Below the pieces are notes generated by a model, which saw only the letters and a program-made list of their open reading frames with translations, ran no database searches and was not told where the DNA came from. A stretch of 64,000 nucleotides of DNA. Origin: Antedon mediterranea. Lineage: Eukaryota > Animalia > Echinodermata. How positions within the stretch are numbered: the first letter of the stretch is position 1; each line of letters starts with the position of its first letter. Of the stretch, positions 33,401 to 47,600 are shown one piece after another. The DNA is taken from contig NC_092680.1 of NCBI RefSeq assembly GCF_964355755.1, positions 6,758,001 to 6,822,000 of the forward strand, given 5' to 3'. A program made the translations under genes and the position numbers.

Positions 33401-34264
33401 ACCTTAAATGACCTATTTACAAGGTCAGATTTTTTGGGAGGTCTTTCTGTATCTCTTTACACAAAATAGATTTAAAAATTTATAAAAACCATTGACTCAA
33501 TTATTTCCAAGTTTAACATTATTTTCCATCAACTAAATATTTCAATGCAAAATACTGTTTTTCTGGCAATTAATTAAAATAAACCTGGCAACACATTCTC
33601 CTATTTTATCTAAACTATTCGTATGACTCTAGTAGCATTATGACAAGCCATATATACATTTTATTATTGGATTAGTCATATTTAAATTGTGTTTCATGTG
33701 TTTTGTTTGTTGATATTTTGTTATATTTTTTGTATTTTTCGTATATTCCTGGCAACACAAAACCTATGTACGAAATTTACCCCAGTATTTTTTTCGTGAT
33801 TATTGTTAACAAACCTATTGACTATCAAATTAAAAAACCTCATTGATTTAAAAACACCACTTTGGAAGTTATAGGTACGTTTATGAGGTATACTTTTATA
33901 AAAAAAATATTTTTTAAAAACACCCCTTTTTAAAATAATGGTATCAACCAAACTCCATTTTGTAATTTATTTTTTTTCTACATTAAATGGAACTCAATAC
34001 ATGTAAAAAAAACTGTATACTGTAAGTATTTTTGGTTAGAATAAGTATACAAGTTTGTACTTTTTCACTATAGAAAATCTGTGAAAAATGGCAAAAACAT
34101 CAAAATTTGGATAATTGACTGTTGTCATGGCAACGGAAGCTAAAAATTAAAATGAATGTTGTAGATATGCTTTTTATTGAAATGTCTATTCATGGTAAAA
34201 ATTTGAGAGAAATCCATTTTTTTACATCTGCCACCAAATCTTTGATTTTTACAGACAATGGCTC
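30410..34264. mobile_element. 3.85-kb non-autonomous Kolobok-type element with long imperfect TIRs and internal degenerate tandem repeats
   Basis: TTAA TSD (30406-30409, 34265-34268); TIR gagcc(g/a)ttgtctgtaa.aatcaaaga..gtggcaga..aaaaaaatggatttct.tcaaatttt; similarity extends several hundred bp (aaaaaggggtgtttt / aaaacaccccttttt). Confidence 0.85.
32045..32575. mobile_element. pogo/Tc1-like MITE nested in the Kolobok-type element
   Basis: ta|cag..., ...cttacgggaggttcaactg|ta; repeated cgtaagcggccac motifs. Confidence 0.65.
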
Positions 34265-37200
34265 TTAACTATTTAAAAAAATTGTTTTTTAAAATTATTA
34301 TTTATTTTGATAAAATATTTTTTATGTACTGTATGAGAGTTGAATTAAGAGTTACAAGTTTCCTTAAGTTTGTACAGTTCAAATCTTTGTGGTCTACTCC
34401 AAGTAACTAAGTTTGAAAGCAGTTTAGTGATATGCCACTCTCCAAATTAATGTTAATTTGTGGCTATTCTTCCACTCAAAATGATCAGGATGTTTAATGA
34501 TTAATGTCAAAACTTAATTAAAAGTACTGAAACCATGTTATGGTTTGGTTCTATTATTCTCCTCCTTTGAGTCAAATATTTGTTTAATTTCAATCTAAGT
34601 CTTACATGCATTTTTAACAAAAATGTGCAATCATTGGGACTTTGGCAACAAACTTTGTTATGCCCTATCATTCCTTATTGTACAAAATTGTTTGTAATGT
34701 TAGATATTTTGTTTGCAGGTTTTCTTTTTAAAGTAAAAATGTTGATGTTTTCAAACCCTGTCTGAAAGCTGTAACTAAAAAAAATGTCAATATGATTAGT
34801 GTTATTTACTTTCAGCCGAGATATGCCATCATTAGTCGGGGGTTCAAAAACATTTCATTTTAAATTGAGAGCCGAACGTCTATTATCGACCAATAAATGG
34901 TAAGCGGTGACTGTTGATATGAATTCAACCGATAGAAGTTTATGTTACGCCATTAACAGCTAAAAGAAGCCGCTGGTAAAATATAGCATTTTGGTGTTAA
35001 CCTTTTAGGCTGTTTATTATTACGAGCATAGACACTGAATCAAGTAGTTGAGATATTTTGACAAGAGGGATGTCTTAGGATTTGCGGTTTTGTTTGGTGT
35101 CCTCTCAGTTGAAGCACTAATAATTTATTATTTTCTTAGTGCATATTGGCTGTTTTCAAATAGGAACGCATGTTTGTTTCTTTTTATAACTTTGTATATA
35201 AAGCAAAAAACTCATGAACTGAGGTGGATTTATAGGATTAGAGGTGTAGCAAGTGGGGCCATGGGGAGTTGCAATTGTACTGGATACCTATTCTTACATT
35301 TAAGTACATAATTTACCTACTAGAAGATAGAAGACTATTTTTTGAATGGTTTTTAGGCCTTTTTCTGCTGCATGTCAAGAACAACTGTTTATTTTAAATT
35401 TAAAAAAAATACAATTTATATAGCAATATGTACATTCTTTTGTCCTATAAACCATTGAAATTTTAATATAGAGTCAAAATGCAATGCAGTCATGCGGTCA
35501 AATGGTAAAGATACTCTGATGGTGAATTGAAGGTCAATGGCGGTCAACTAACCATTATTTTATATATCTAAAATATGCACAGCTAAATGACGTCTCAAAA
35601 CCTAATCATTTGTATGTTTTTAACCATTATTTTTAGGCGGCCTCTAACCGGTTAATTGAATGTGTCGTTTTTCTGCTGCCATGAAGTTGGGGGTAATTTT
35701 TTTGACACAGTTATTCGCTTGCATCAGAAACAGTCCCATTTAAAATGTCATTTCAAAAACACAGAAATATATCTGTTAAGTTTCAATCAACACTGCATGA
35801 ATAAATTGCTTTGAAATTGAGTCAAATCGCTTGAACCCACAACCTTGATCTTAGAAGGCATGGTTAAACTTGTCTATACCACAGTTCACTCACTGTCCTA
35901 TTGTGAACTTTATTATATCTTTTAATAAATTAATGAAAAGGATATTGAGTGTTGGCAGGAGGAAAGTGTTTAAATTTAATGTTGATTTTAGTTTTGTGGT
36001 TAAAATTATATACATTTTTTAAATCCCATTTTGCGTGTTGAAATAAAGTCAGGTGAATGCCAAACAATTACCGAAACTCGTATTTGTTTATGTTTACTTA
36101 TTTGTTTACTTGTATAGCGACTCTTGTAATGTCTATTGAGAGCCTCTCGTTTATAGACTCTCAGAAATTTCTTAAATGAATTGTATACATTTTTTTTTCA
36201 GTCTTTATGAGCCAAAATAAAAGTTTACTTTGTTTTCTTCTGTATTTTGGTCTGCTAAAGAACTTTACCAGTCTGTAATTTCCAGGTTTTTCATAACAAT
36301 TGATTTTTCTTTTTACTTTTACTGTACTTTCTTTTAATCATAGCTTTATTCTGCGTGGTCGAAGAAAGTGTGGTCAAATCCACTTAGTATTATAAATTAG
36401 TTGGAAATGATCCTGTCAGGTTTTAGTATCAAATTGAAATATACAGCTCAAATAGAATGCATAACATGAAGACTAATGAAGTTATTATGGGTGTGACCAT
36501 CTCAATTAAATCCTCTGTCAAAGGGTCACTGTCTCTATTAATGTTTCCGTTATTTGGTTGCCAGGAATGGTTAGTGGTTTATCACAATTTATAACAAACA
36601 GTTGCCGATCATTCCTACTAGTGTAATTCTTGAATTGGAAAAAGTAAATTTGTATATAGCTGTAATTTTTGTTTCTTTCACCAATGTTTCTTCTGAATAT
36701 TTGGTTGCCAGGTAAAATAATAATCAGATAAATTGAATACTAATTTCAATTTTTATGGGCAGGTTACAATCTAAAACATTTATGTTTGTATTGTTTTGAT
36801 GGAAACACGACAAGGCTTATTTCAGCTGGTGTGTATTCAGAAACCTTGCCTTTTCTTTATTTCTTGAGGAGTTCTTTTACTTTACATTTTTATCATGATG
36901 GGAAGGAAGTTATAAAGTCATTGGAGGACTAGACATAAATGTAATAACAACCAAGAAATGAACGTATATGAACCATTGCTTAAACTTTTGAATGTTCTAT
37001 ATTCCAAAAAACAGCAAATTTTGACATTTCAAGTTCAAGAGAAATATTTCATTGGCCTTTTTTTCTTATGTTCTATATTTTTTATTTAATTTACCTTTTT
37101 TAATTTGATTTTTTACAAGGATAGATTAGTCCGATTATACCTTAGATCAAGAAAGTTTAAAAAAGCGGTATGGGAGTATGGATATCAAGAAAATAGTTCC

Positions 37201-38705
37201 AAGCCATTCTTTATTTATTCACTGGTTGCATTTTTCGAAACATACCAACTCATCTAAATTCAGATCTGTTAATAAAATTATTATATTTTTGAAAAAAAAA
37301 ATTTGAATCATATTTGTAACAGGAAGAAACCACAATATTCAATCATTCACTAATGTCACTTGTACGTCATTGATTCCTACTCATTTGGTGACGTCATGCA
37401 TTGTGTCCTTGTGGGAATTAATGTACCCAACAGAATATCAATTCATATTCTACAGTTAGAACTACATTTTTAAAAGTAAAAACTTATTTAAATTGTGCGT
37501 TATATGTCACAATGAATTCCTGCCAGCTGGTTTGAATCAATAGCATAGACACGAAGTTACATACTTCACCATTAATAAGAAGTTAAATGTCAGTTTACTT
37601 TGATACAATTAATTTCAATTAATGTTAAATTCTTTACTCTTAAGTTTGGCATAAAGTAGTTTATGTTTTGGCATTATATTTTAGTTGTAATTTTAAATCT
37701 CAAAAGTAGTAGTAGTAGTAGATACTTGATTGTTAGCACTTAATATTTGATTTGTGTTAGAGATTGTATTAGACTTAGAGGAAATAGATTAGATAGAAAG
37801 TAGTGAAAGTGTACATAATAAAATACTACTAATTTGATCAGATTCATTTAACAATAAAATATATATGGCAAAATAAATAAAATGGTAAGTTTCACACCTT
37901 TCATGCCTAATAAAGTTTTAAAGCCCTTTCATATGACTTTTTTTTAATTGTTTATTTATTTTTTTTTTTTAAAGAATCATTCAATTTTATGCCTATATCA
38001 AAATGTTATGATTGTGTAAACAGCAACTGGACTTTTAAAGTATCATTCTCATGTTGGTACATTAGAACCATGTTTTTAAAAATGTGAAACTAAATTATTT
38101 TTATTTGGCCTATACACAGTAACATTTAATTTTGGAATGGTCAAATAAACAATATGTACCTGAAAACAGTGTTGTATTTTCCTTCTTATCCTGTACAAGA
38201 GAAAACATTTTGCCAAAAGTTCAATCAATTGATTTTGAATTACAGACATAAGTTAGACATACAGGAAATTTCAATTCATTGAAATGTCCTGTTTCTCCTG
38301 TAGTTTTTGAAGGCATACACAAGTTTATAAAAACCACTATTTCAAGAAATGACTTTATATTCACATACAGTAATAACTTTCTGCCTTATCAAATTATGTG
38401 GTACATTTAATTTGTTAAACGAGACAGAAAGATGGGTTAACTTTTAAACCTAGGTTGTTCAGTGCTGAATCATATTGCAATGCAATCTCAAAGGATTTCT
38501 TGAACAAGTTTAGAAAATTATAAAAATATTATGCAGTTAAGATCTGCCAATTGAAGAATGCCAAATCATGGAAAAGAAAGCGATTTCATTGAGAAATTAT
38601 TTTGAACTGGAAAAGTCAACATTTAAACTCATTCTACATTGTGTAGCTGGGCTATAATATTTCATGCTTTCAATTAAACATGAAGGGTACAGTACCTTTT
38701 CTTAA

Positions 38706-38785
38706 AGGGTAGCTCCGGGTTTAACTATAGTTGGATATCATCAATGTATGCATTTCATAAAATAGAAACCGGAGCTACTGTCCCT
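38706..38785. mobile_element. 80-bp mini Kolobok-type MITE
   Basis: ttaa|agggtagctccgg...ccggagctactgtccct|ttaa. Confidence 0.7.
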
Positions 38786-40619
38786 TTAATGTTGATCGGA
38801 AATTCACCAATATCACCAGTATATAAATCAAAAGAACAATCAATTTTTTGAAATACTATTTTTTTACAAAAATCTTAAATCGTTTAATGATTGTAAGTCA
38901 TTTTTTTCTTATAACATACAAAAAATGTAGCACATTCAGAGTTAATTTTCAATGTTAGAAAGGTTTTAAATTTTTATTTTAAAACTACAGCTATCCTTTA
39001 AAAGGAAAAGCTTGTACGGAAATAGTCTAGCAAAGTTCTTAATAATATGTCTCAGAAAATAACATATTTATTATACTCTTAATAGGTTGATCCTAGGTCA
39101 TAGAATTTATATACATATATGTTTATGTAGAAACTTGGATTTGTGTAATGAAATATAACCAATCGTAAAATACTGTAAATTTATATATATATATTCAAAA
39201 TCAAATAGTATATAAATTTCCAAATCCAATGGAAAAGTTTCAGAAAAAGTCAATGATTAAATTGATTGACTGGGAATTGAATTCTACAGTAAATTAACCA
39301 GCCAGCCGTCCCAGCTGAGATCTTCCCATCCCCTAGTTATCCATTTAGACTTTAAATGACCTTACCGTGTCATTTATTGATTGAAGGTTGACATTATATT
39401 TGTTACATTGATTTAGTAATGTTTATGATGTTATAAAGCTTGACAACAAAATTGAAAACAATTTCTTTATGTTTTTACCTTTATTTCAGCACTTTTAATG
39501 CCTACAATATTTTAAACAATCAATTTTAAAGCAAGATAATTGGATGGCATATCATACCAAATAACCTAATAATAATAATAATCAATTTTTCTTTAAAAAA
39601 CTTAATCTTTTGTACATTATTTGCATAGGCTATTAATACTACCAAACCTGGAATAAATTTCAATATTCTACTTTTTTGGTTTTAACTATAGACTATACCA
39701 TAGCAATATTTATAGTTTACTATAATATCTCTACAACTATACCATCGGATCATTTGCAAAATTCAATATTATATGAAAATAACTTGTAAGTAATTTATTT
39801 TTAACAATATTTTTTTATTATTTCTTAGTTGTATCCACTAATTGTATTAATAACAAGTGTTTTTTTTTTCTTTTAAGTTGAGGTTCACTCACCTTTATTT
39901 CCATTTCAAAACTGGTTAATAACATTAGTTATGTTATAAAATGCCTAAGTATATCTTTTCCATTTGATTGATTTATGTAGTTAGTAGTGTAAATGTTTTA
40001 ATTTTTTAGGCTTAAGGAAGTTGATTAATGGTGTTTTTTTTACTGTACTGAAATTTAGTGAGTTGACACACAATTTTGATATTGACTAAACCAGAAATGT
40101 AATTAATCTGTGACTAAGCATACATTTAGATATTGAAAAGGCAAATGAATAACATTCTAATCGATTAAAATAATTTTGTTTCAAAAACATTTTATCAATG
40201 ATAAGATACAAATTTTAAATTTAATTTTGAATCAATTATAGGCTAATTCTACAAAACTATACTTGTTTCCTATTTATTCTCTTAATATAATACTTAACAA
40301 GATTTCTTACTTTAAAATATCTCGGTATTCAGTCAAGGTGTCCATGGTGTCCGCAATCCCTCCCCCTAACTTTTAAATGGTTCCATTTTAAGAAGCTACC
40401 ATAACATAATCTACTAATTGTAATGCGTAAAACAAGCAAAGTACTTTTTTGTCTTTTAACTTACACATGTTCTATAGAACCCCTCCTAAACTTACCTCTG
40501 TCCCATTTCAAACAATCCTACCCAATCTACAGTATATAGGCCTGATGCAATTATACACACATAAGCAGATTCTAAATTTAAATACTACAAACTTATTACA
40601 ATAAAATTGTCACTATATA

Positions 40620-40825
40620 CAGAGCACTACAAATGAAATGTGATTTTCCAATTTATTGGCGGCCATTTTGGATTTTGGCCGCCATCTTGAAAAATAAATT
40701 ACGACCAGAGTGGCTCCTAGGCAAAAATCAATTGGTAGGTCCCAACGAAGCTCCATGCAAAATTTGGCGCTTTTGTCCACCGTGTAACGATTTCCTCATT
40801 TTTTGTTGTTAAGCCACCTGACTAT
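40620..40825 (+). repeat. Fragment of an interspersed repeat with ggcggccattttg/ggccgccatcttga motifs
   Basis: Motif pattern typical of invertebrate non-autonomous DNA elements; ends aagccacctgacta. Confidence 0.45.
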
Positions 40826-41622
40826 ACCTTGTTATCAATGTTTACATTTAGAAATTAAAATTTATGATAACATTTGTATGTTGATTATATCAACTAATTG
40901 TAGACAGCAAACTTGATAGGAGTTTTTTCATACGACGACGTTGCGGCCAAACTATTTAACTGGTGGATTAATGTCTTGCACATTATGCACCAGGTCATCT
41001 AAGAAAACTTGTATGTATCATTATTGTCCTCAATTTGCAGGGGTCACCTTGGAATGTCCCTTTTATATTTGACTGGTCACTACACAAATCTGGTTACATC
41101 TTGAGACCATTTTTACCAATGTGAAATGTACTGCATTTGCGACTTTTGACTAGTTAATATGGACACTTTTAGCTTCAGTTTGTATAGCCCTTTATTTAAT
41201 TGTTATGTTGCTATAACGGAATTTATGTTTTGCACCCGAGCTTATAAAGTTTGAAGTTGCAAATGTAATGTTTTCTTGTGCACAGTGTTCTCAAAGAAGT
41301 TCCAATCAATGTCACAGTACAGGTAATCTCAAGAATACTCCAGCTAATCATTTTGATGTGATTGTTTCCAATTTTAAACCCAGAATTGTAGCAAGATGTA
41401 ATACTGCAGTAGCTATTCACTCCTACTTTCCAATGTAGTACTACGCCACTCATATACTATCAACATTAATTATGTTGGTTTCAGTGTTCAGTATCTCACA
41501 GCACTGTTTCAACATCTTTGCTTGGTTTTTTTTATGTAGCAGCCTTCTATTGCTTGGTTATATTTTTGGTTGTTCAATTATTTATTCTTGAGTGAAGAAG
41601 CATCAATGAATGTGGCATGTAT

Positions 41623-41682
41623 CTAGTTACCAATACAGTGTGGAACACGACACTGGAATTTTCCATTTTGGAAATCATGGCC
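41623..41682 (-). CDS. IGFBP-domain gene terminal exon 4 (GHDFQNGKFQCRVPHCIGN*)
   Basis: tttttctttcag acceptor in phase 0, 2 Cys, TAG, nearby AATAAA. Confidence 0.75.
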   Translation of the reverse strand, partial: GHDFQNGKFQCRVPHCIGN

Positions 41683-44600
41683 CTGAAAGAAAAATGTCCC
41701 AAAATTAGTTATTCAAATAAATGATAATTGAATTAAAAGATTTAAATAATCTACTGTTTGAATTAAACCAGTAGATTTATTTGTAAAAGAATGCACATGC
41801 TGTTGTACCTGTATTTACATAATTGATTATTCATTACTACAGGCTATAATACAGTAGACCTCCTTCCTTTGGAACACCTCTATTCAGGGGACATTGTACT
41901 TTTCTGTGAAACAACCAAGGGGAATATTATTCTTTATAAGGTCAACCCCTATTAACCCCTACGTACCCCTTAAAAAGGGTTATTATTAGTACACTGGTGG
42001 TATATATATATATATATATATGTGTGTTTCATAAACCATTATATACTATTATTTATTTAATTATTGTACAATAAATTCATTGTAATGTTTTTTTTTTCTA
42101 TTTTGTTAATGATGGCCTTGGTTTAAAGTCTACTTCTATTGTGACCACCATCCACATTTATAAATATTTAATGATTTATTAAGAACAATATATGTATTAT
42201 TTGTGGGAACTAATAAACAACAACTGTACATTAATAAATTAGAAAGAAAATATCTCCAAAAAGAAAAAAAAACTTAGGGAATTGTAACAAAAAAAAACCC
42301 CATTTTTGTTAAAGTCATCTTATAGGAGATATTAACCTTTAAATGACAACTAGTTGTCATAAGCAACTAAACATACGGGATTTTCATGACTGTTAGTTTA
42401 TTTCAGTTGAAGGTTGCCCTATATAATAATATAGATATGTTTGCCATTGTGCAGAAACCTGACTTTTTTTTGCTTGATATGAATATTCTACATAGCATTG
42501 TCTTTCATCAGTTTGACTTTTTAAATTACATTTTATTTAGTTAGTTCTGACTCATAGAACTGGCTGTCATGAGGGTCTTTTTATTCCAAAGATCTATTTC
42601 AGTTTGAAAGTTCCTATTATTTTAGCATCATAATTTAATTTAAATTAATTTACAGGTCAAATGTGAATGCATTAAACTGTTAATAAATGTACATTAATCT
42701 GTAATAAATGTACATACCTGGCCATACCCAAATTTACAAATTTCACCCTGAAATTAGTTAACTAACTCCAAATAATTCTTTTAAAATAGATGTCCTTGGT
42801 GTGATTGACAGCCGTTGTAATTTACTACAGGAAATTCCTATTTTGGCTTGTTAGTGTGGTTGTTTATGGGTGGTGAATGTCCATACATCACCTAATTTTT
42901 GTCTTGTTTGACACCTTTCACACTTTCAGTTATGAGTCAAATCACAGAGTAATATTATAATGGTCAAATGGAGAATATTACGGATAGAATTTTAAGTTAG
43001 CTGGACAGGAAGTTTGCGACATGATGGGAAGGTGGGAATGTGCTTAATAACTAAGATGAATTTGTTGGGCTAAAGCTCTGTCTACACTATCAAACTTTAT
43101 GTGACAATAACATGTGACAAAAAAACGTGTGATGTGCCCAAATATGGTAGAGATATGACATCATCGTGTCCATTTATTACATGGCCACATCAAATTTTTT
43201 TGTCACATAAAGTGTGATATTGTAGACAGAGCTTATAACCGGATCCAATTTATGTTCACTTTTAAAATCAAGAAAAGCGATACTTCATTAATTATGATTA
43301 TTTCTTGGTAGTATATTTGTTGTGTTATTGCATTCTTATCTCATTGGTAAAGTCACAAAAGCTTATTAAAAGCTATATCATCAATATGGGCCAAAATATT
43401 AAATTGCGCGCCATTTGTCGGTCTCGTATTTTTGTCAGTTACTGTTTTGAATTTTGTTTATTTTCAAATGTTTTCATTTGACCGGTGTGTTTTTTATTTA
43501 TTTGAACAACAGCTGTGTACATAAATTAAGTTTAGTTATTTCTATACTATTCATTTATAAACCAACCTGATAAGTTTCTGTTGAATTTAGCATGGTTCTA
43601 AACCAAATGATTATGTCCAAATTAAATTTAAGGAATGAATAAAAACCTGTATATTACTCAGTAGGTGCCATATATTTATGCCACAGGCAAAAGTGAGAAA
43701 GAAATATCTCAAATCCCATGATATGGTGTGAACTAAGATATAAAGTACCGTACAATTCTAAATTTATATTTTCACCTGCCATCATTCTTTATTTTCTTCT
43801 CTACATTCTTTCATCTTAACAATAGAAATATTAATGATCAATATAATTAATAATTCATTCATTACTGTATACATACTGTATGTGTTACTGTATACATACT
43901 GTATGTGTTACTGTATACATACTGTAACCTATGTATTATTGTATGCATACTGCATGAAAACAACTGGCATGTAAAAATCAATGAATATTTTAGAAAACAT
44001 CATTTTGACACTATAGTGCAGGAATCTAGTAAAACGTGTTTGAACTTTCAAATGTTTTACAAAAACAATATTTAGGACCATTGTTCATCTACTCAATGTT
44101 ATCTGCAAACATTCTTGAAATCAATTTTCACTTTTAATGAACTCTGGGAACCCTGTTCTAATATTGAGATGTAAAATACCTGTTGTACACCATCAATGGA
44201 ACAATATGTTGAGCTGGATGGTGTAAAGTAGCTGAATTTTTTGTCAACTTATGTTTGAAAAAAGAGAGGAGTGAATTCAGCACCTCTATTTAGACGTCAA
44301 CTTAAAACTTTTCTCACTGTTTTTTGTAGGGCGCCATATAAAAACTTGTATAGAATAAAATAACCAATGTAATAGTGTAAATAGGTGCAACCCAAGTTTA
44401 TCTCATATGAAAATGGTCTCTGATGTTTCTCTCGGTGAATTGATTGTACCAGCAAATGTTATGCTTAACCTAGGTAGGCTCCATTTATTCTGGGCCTGCA
44501 TCAAGAATTTTTTCCTGGCACCTCTGCTAATATAATTAAATATTGCGATTAGGGATTCTATATAGTTTTTTTGGACAGAGCTATGGACTGCTCCAACAGA

Positions 44601-47600
44601 TTAAGGTCATTTAGGCCTACGCTAAATGTTCCGTGTTATACAACAACCTTGGTGCTGAACCCCTATGTTCCCCTGTTCTACCGAGTCAGCTGTTTCCTTC
44701 CAGTTTTTGGTTAATATCTAATATTTTGTCCTTGCAGGTTTCAAACATCAGAATGAGTAATCATGTTTGTTCAAATCCTGTTTTACATAAATTATTAATT
44801 TTCACTTTGATAGTGAAGTATGCCTTAACAGGAATATTTTGTATAGCAAGAAAACTTAAATGTCATAGGATTCTAAACATAAATCTTAGAATATCATGCA
44901 AATTATTTTATTTTTGTATGATCTGGTTCATCATTTTATCTTTTATTTATGATGATGAGTAAAATCAATGAAAGGTGAATAAAATCAAACTTTGAACAGG
45001 CCATTTTGTAGTTATAATAAACTTGATTAATTTCACCAAACAGTAAGTGAATAAAAATAATGATTTCGCTTTATAAAACTTAAAGAAACATGTATATTTA
45101 ACCAAAAACCATGTTAAATAATAATAATTTGTTTAGTTCTAATTTTTGTCAATGTAACATTAAAATGGTCTAAATTTGTTTTCAATTATGTTTTCAGGAA
45201 GACAAAATATCTTTTTTTTTTTACTGATGGAGCCATAGTAGTACAGTAGTAATAAAGAAGTAACAATCTTTGAAAGTGGGGTGGGTTTATGTCCAGATTT
45301 ACTGTAGAGAATACAGTAGTACATACGTATACGGATAAGGTATATAATGATGAATATATAGGCGGAGCATGTTGGAGGATATAAGTATAAGTTCACTTAT
45401 ACCTTAAAACTTAGAAAAGTGAGAATGGTATTACGAATACTAGTAAATTTAATAAAAAAATAATAATATAGGATAATGTAGGTTGCAGACTGACTGGTTT
45501 CTAATAACATGTTGTTTAATCCCTGTGTACTTTGCAATAATCTTCTATAAATAGTTGCCCTTCCTGAAAACTCATGTATAGCTTTTTATTTGCACTTGCC
45601 ATTGCAGATGTATGTCACGTCAGATCGAGTTGAAACACGCTCAAGTTTTCTAATCATTTCAAATATTAAAAACTGGGGTAAAAACCCCCACTGTTTTATA
45701 TCAAAACACAATTTTGTTTCTATTTTTAAATGTTTCCTTTTAATTTAATGTTTAATGTTAAATTAAAAAATAATGAGAAAATGTATGTATCTTGATTGTA
45801 ACGCCTAGTAGGCTTTTTACAATTAGACTACTGTATTATCATTAAGACACCTTTAGTACCCAGTACTAAGCTCTTTCTGTCATTCTTTAGTACATTCTCT
45901 TAATCTTTCAAACATCAACACCCTAGAATTTAAGACCATTCACTTTAAATAATCCTGAAATCAGAATTTCTCAGGAAATCAAAAGGTACTGTTTATACCA
46001 TTAATATACGGTTTATGCATTATGGGCCTAGTGTTTGTAAGAATCAAAAGAAAAGTGTTTTTCAGAACAATTTTTGGTTGTTGCTTTTATAATAAAGACA
46101 AATTGTCTATTATGTAAATGAAGTAAAACAGGTTTCTCATTTAGTGGTCGTAAGTGGTTGGTTGTGTATGTAATGATGTCATTATTATCCACTGAGGTAA
46201 GGTTGAATTATTACTATAATACATTATTTCCATTTCTAAATTCAAGAAAATAATATGGTATCAAATCGATTTTTTTATGTCAATTATAAAGCGGCCGTAA
46301 GTCCAAACGGGAAACAAAACAAAGCAGCTGAAGGAAATGTTACATGAATGTTGATGATACAAATCAGTAATCCTTTTTAGCAATACTAGTATAGTATGCT
46401 TTTTAAAGTGTATTTTATCATGCAAAGTTATAATTATTTAGGCTTGTATGTTTTACTTACAATTAAAAACCAGCACCATAATCAATTAATCAATCAAATA
46501 ATTTGTATTATTGTGTTAAATAGTCAGAAGAAATTACAATTTTTAACTCAACAAAATGGAAAGGTAAGTTGAAAATAAAATTAAAAGATAGTATAGCTAA
46601 AGACCTAAACAAATATTGTAATGTTGCTCAATCCTGACCAAATCAAAACTCTTGGGCTGTCTTCTTAAAAAGTTGCATGCATGAGTGGATTTTTTATAGC
46701 TCCCTCTATTCTTGTGTTGTGATTTCACCCAGTAGTAGTTTTTAGAGGGAAATTCTACCGACCCTGTTTTTACTGTATTTGAGCAACATAACAATTTGTT
46801 TAGGTCTAATGAATCAAATTTAATACAAAAATCATAAACAAAAAATAAAGAGTGTTTCACATACATCGAATCTCACCTCTTCGGAACCTAGACCACATGG
46901 AAACCTCTTTTCACACACATGTTTTTTCAGGCATTTTGCATATTGTCTCATGCATCGAAAATCATCTTTTTTACAGCGTCCACATTCAGGCTCACTTGAG
47001 ACAAACTCGCAGGCCATACAAGAGGTATGTTGGCATTCTCCTTGGCAGTCCATCTTTACGTCCGCATTATTTCTGAAAAAGAAAAGCTTGCAATAAGAAA
47101 TTGGGTTTTTTTTTCAGTTTATTTTTTCTGGTATAATAAAAAAAATTCAGAGCAAGTCTATACCCATAGCCTTTTATTTATAGTATAAAAATGAAAAATA
47201 ACCGTTAAAGTTGGTTTATTTTGCTGTGGGCTAAATAGCCTCACTATTTTGACAATGCAAGCCAAGAAATCCTTAAATGTTTTTGCAAGAAAATGTTTTT
47301 TTAATTTGGGGGCATCAAGATTCCAAGTATACAGACTTTCATTTATATCTCAAATAAAGTACTAATTATTTTAATTCAGCCCCAGTTTTAATATTCAGAT
47401 GAACTAATACCCAGAAGGCTACAATAACATTCTACTTTTAACATTATGATTTAAACAGTCTGCCAATAAAGTTGACAAATTATTGGCTGTTCATAAAGAA
47501 ATAATATGCAGGTTATAATTAGGGCAGTGTTTCACCCTCATACACCTTGTCAAATAAATTAATGTTAGCAGTTTGTTGAGGTCTTTTTCAAATCTAATCA

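Noticed and set aside
15700-41500. Additional protein-coding gene between the two convergent genes
   Set aside because: Short ORFs here are low-complexity AT-rich translations or repeat-derived (e.g. RTE antisense ORFs at 24590 and 24633); no phase-consistent exon chain found
46832-47053. Stand-alone 73-aa metallothionein-like ORF
   Set aside because: Preceded by a strong acceptor and in phase with neighbouring exons; it is exon 3 of the IGFBP-domain gene
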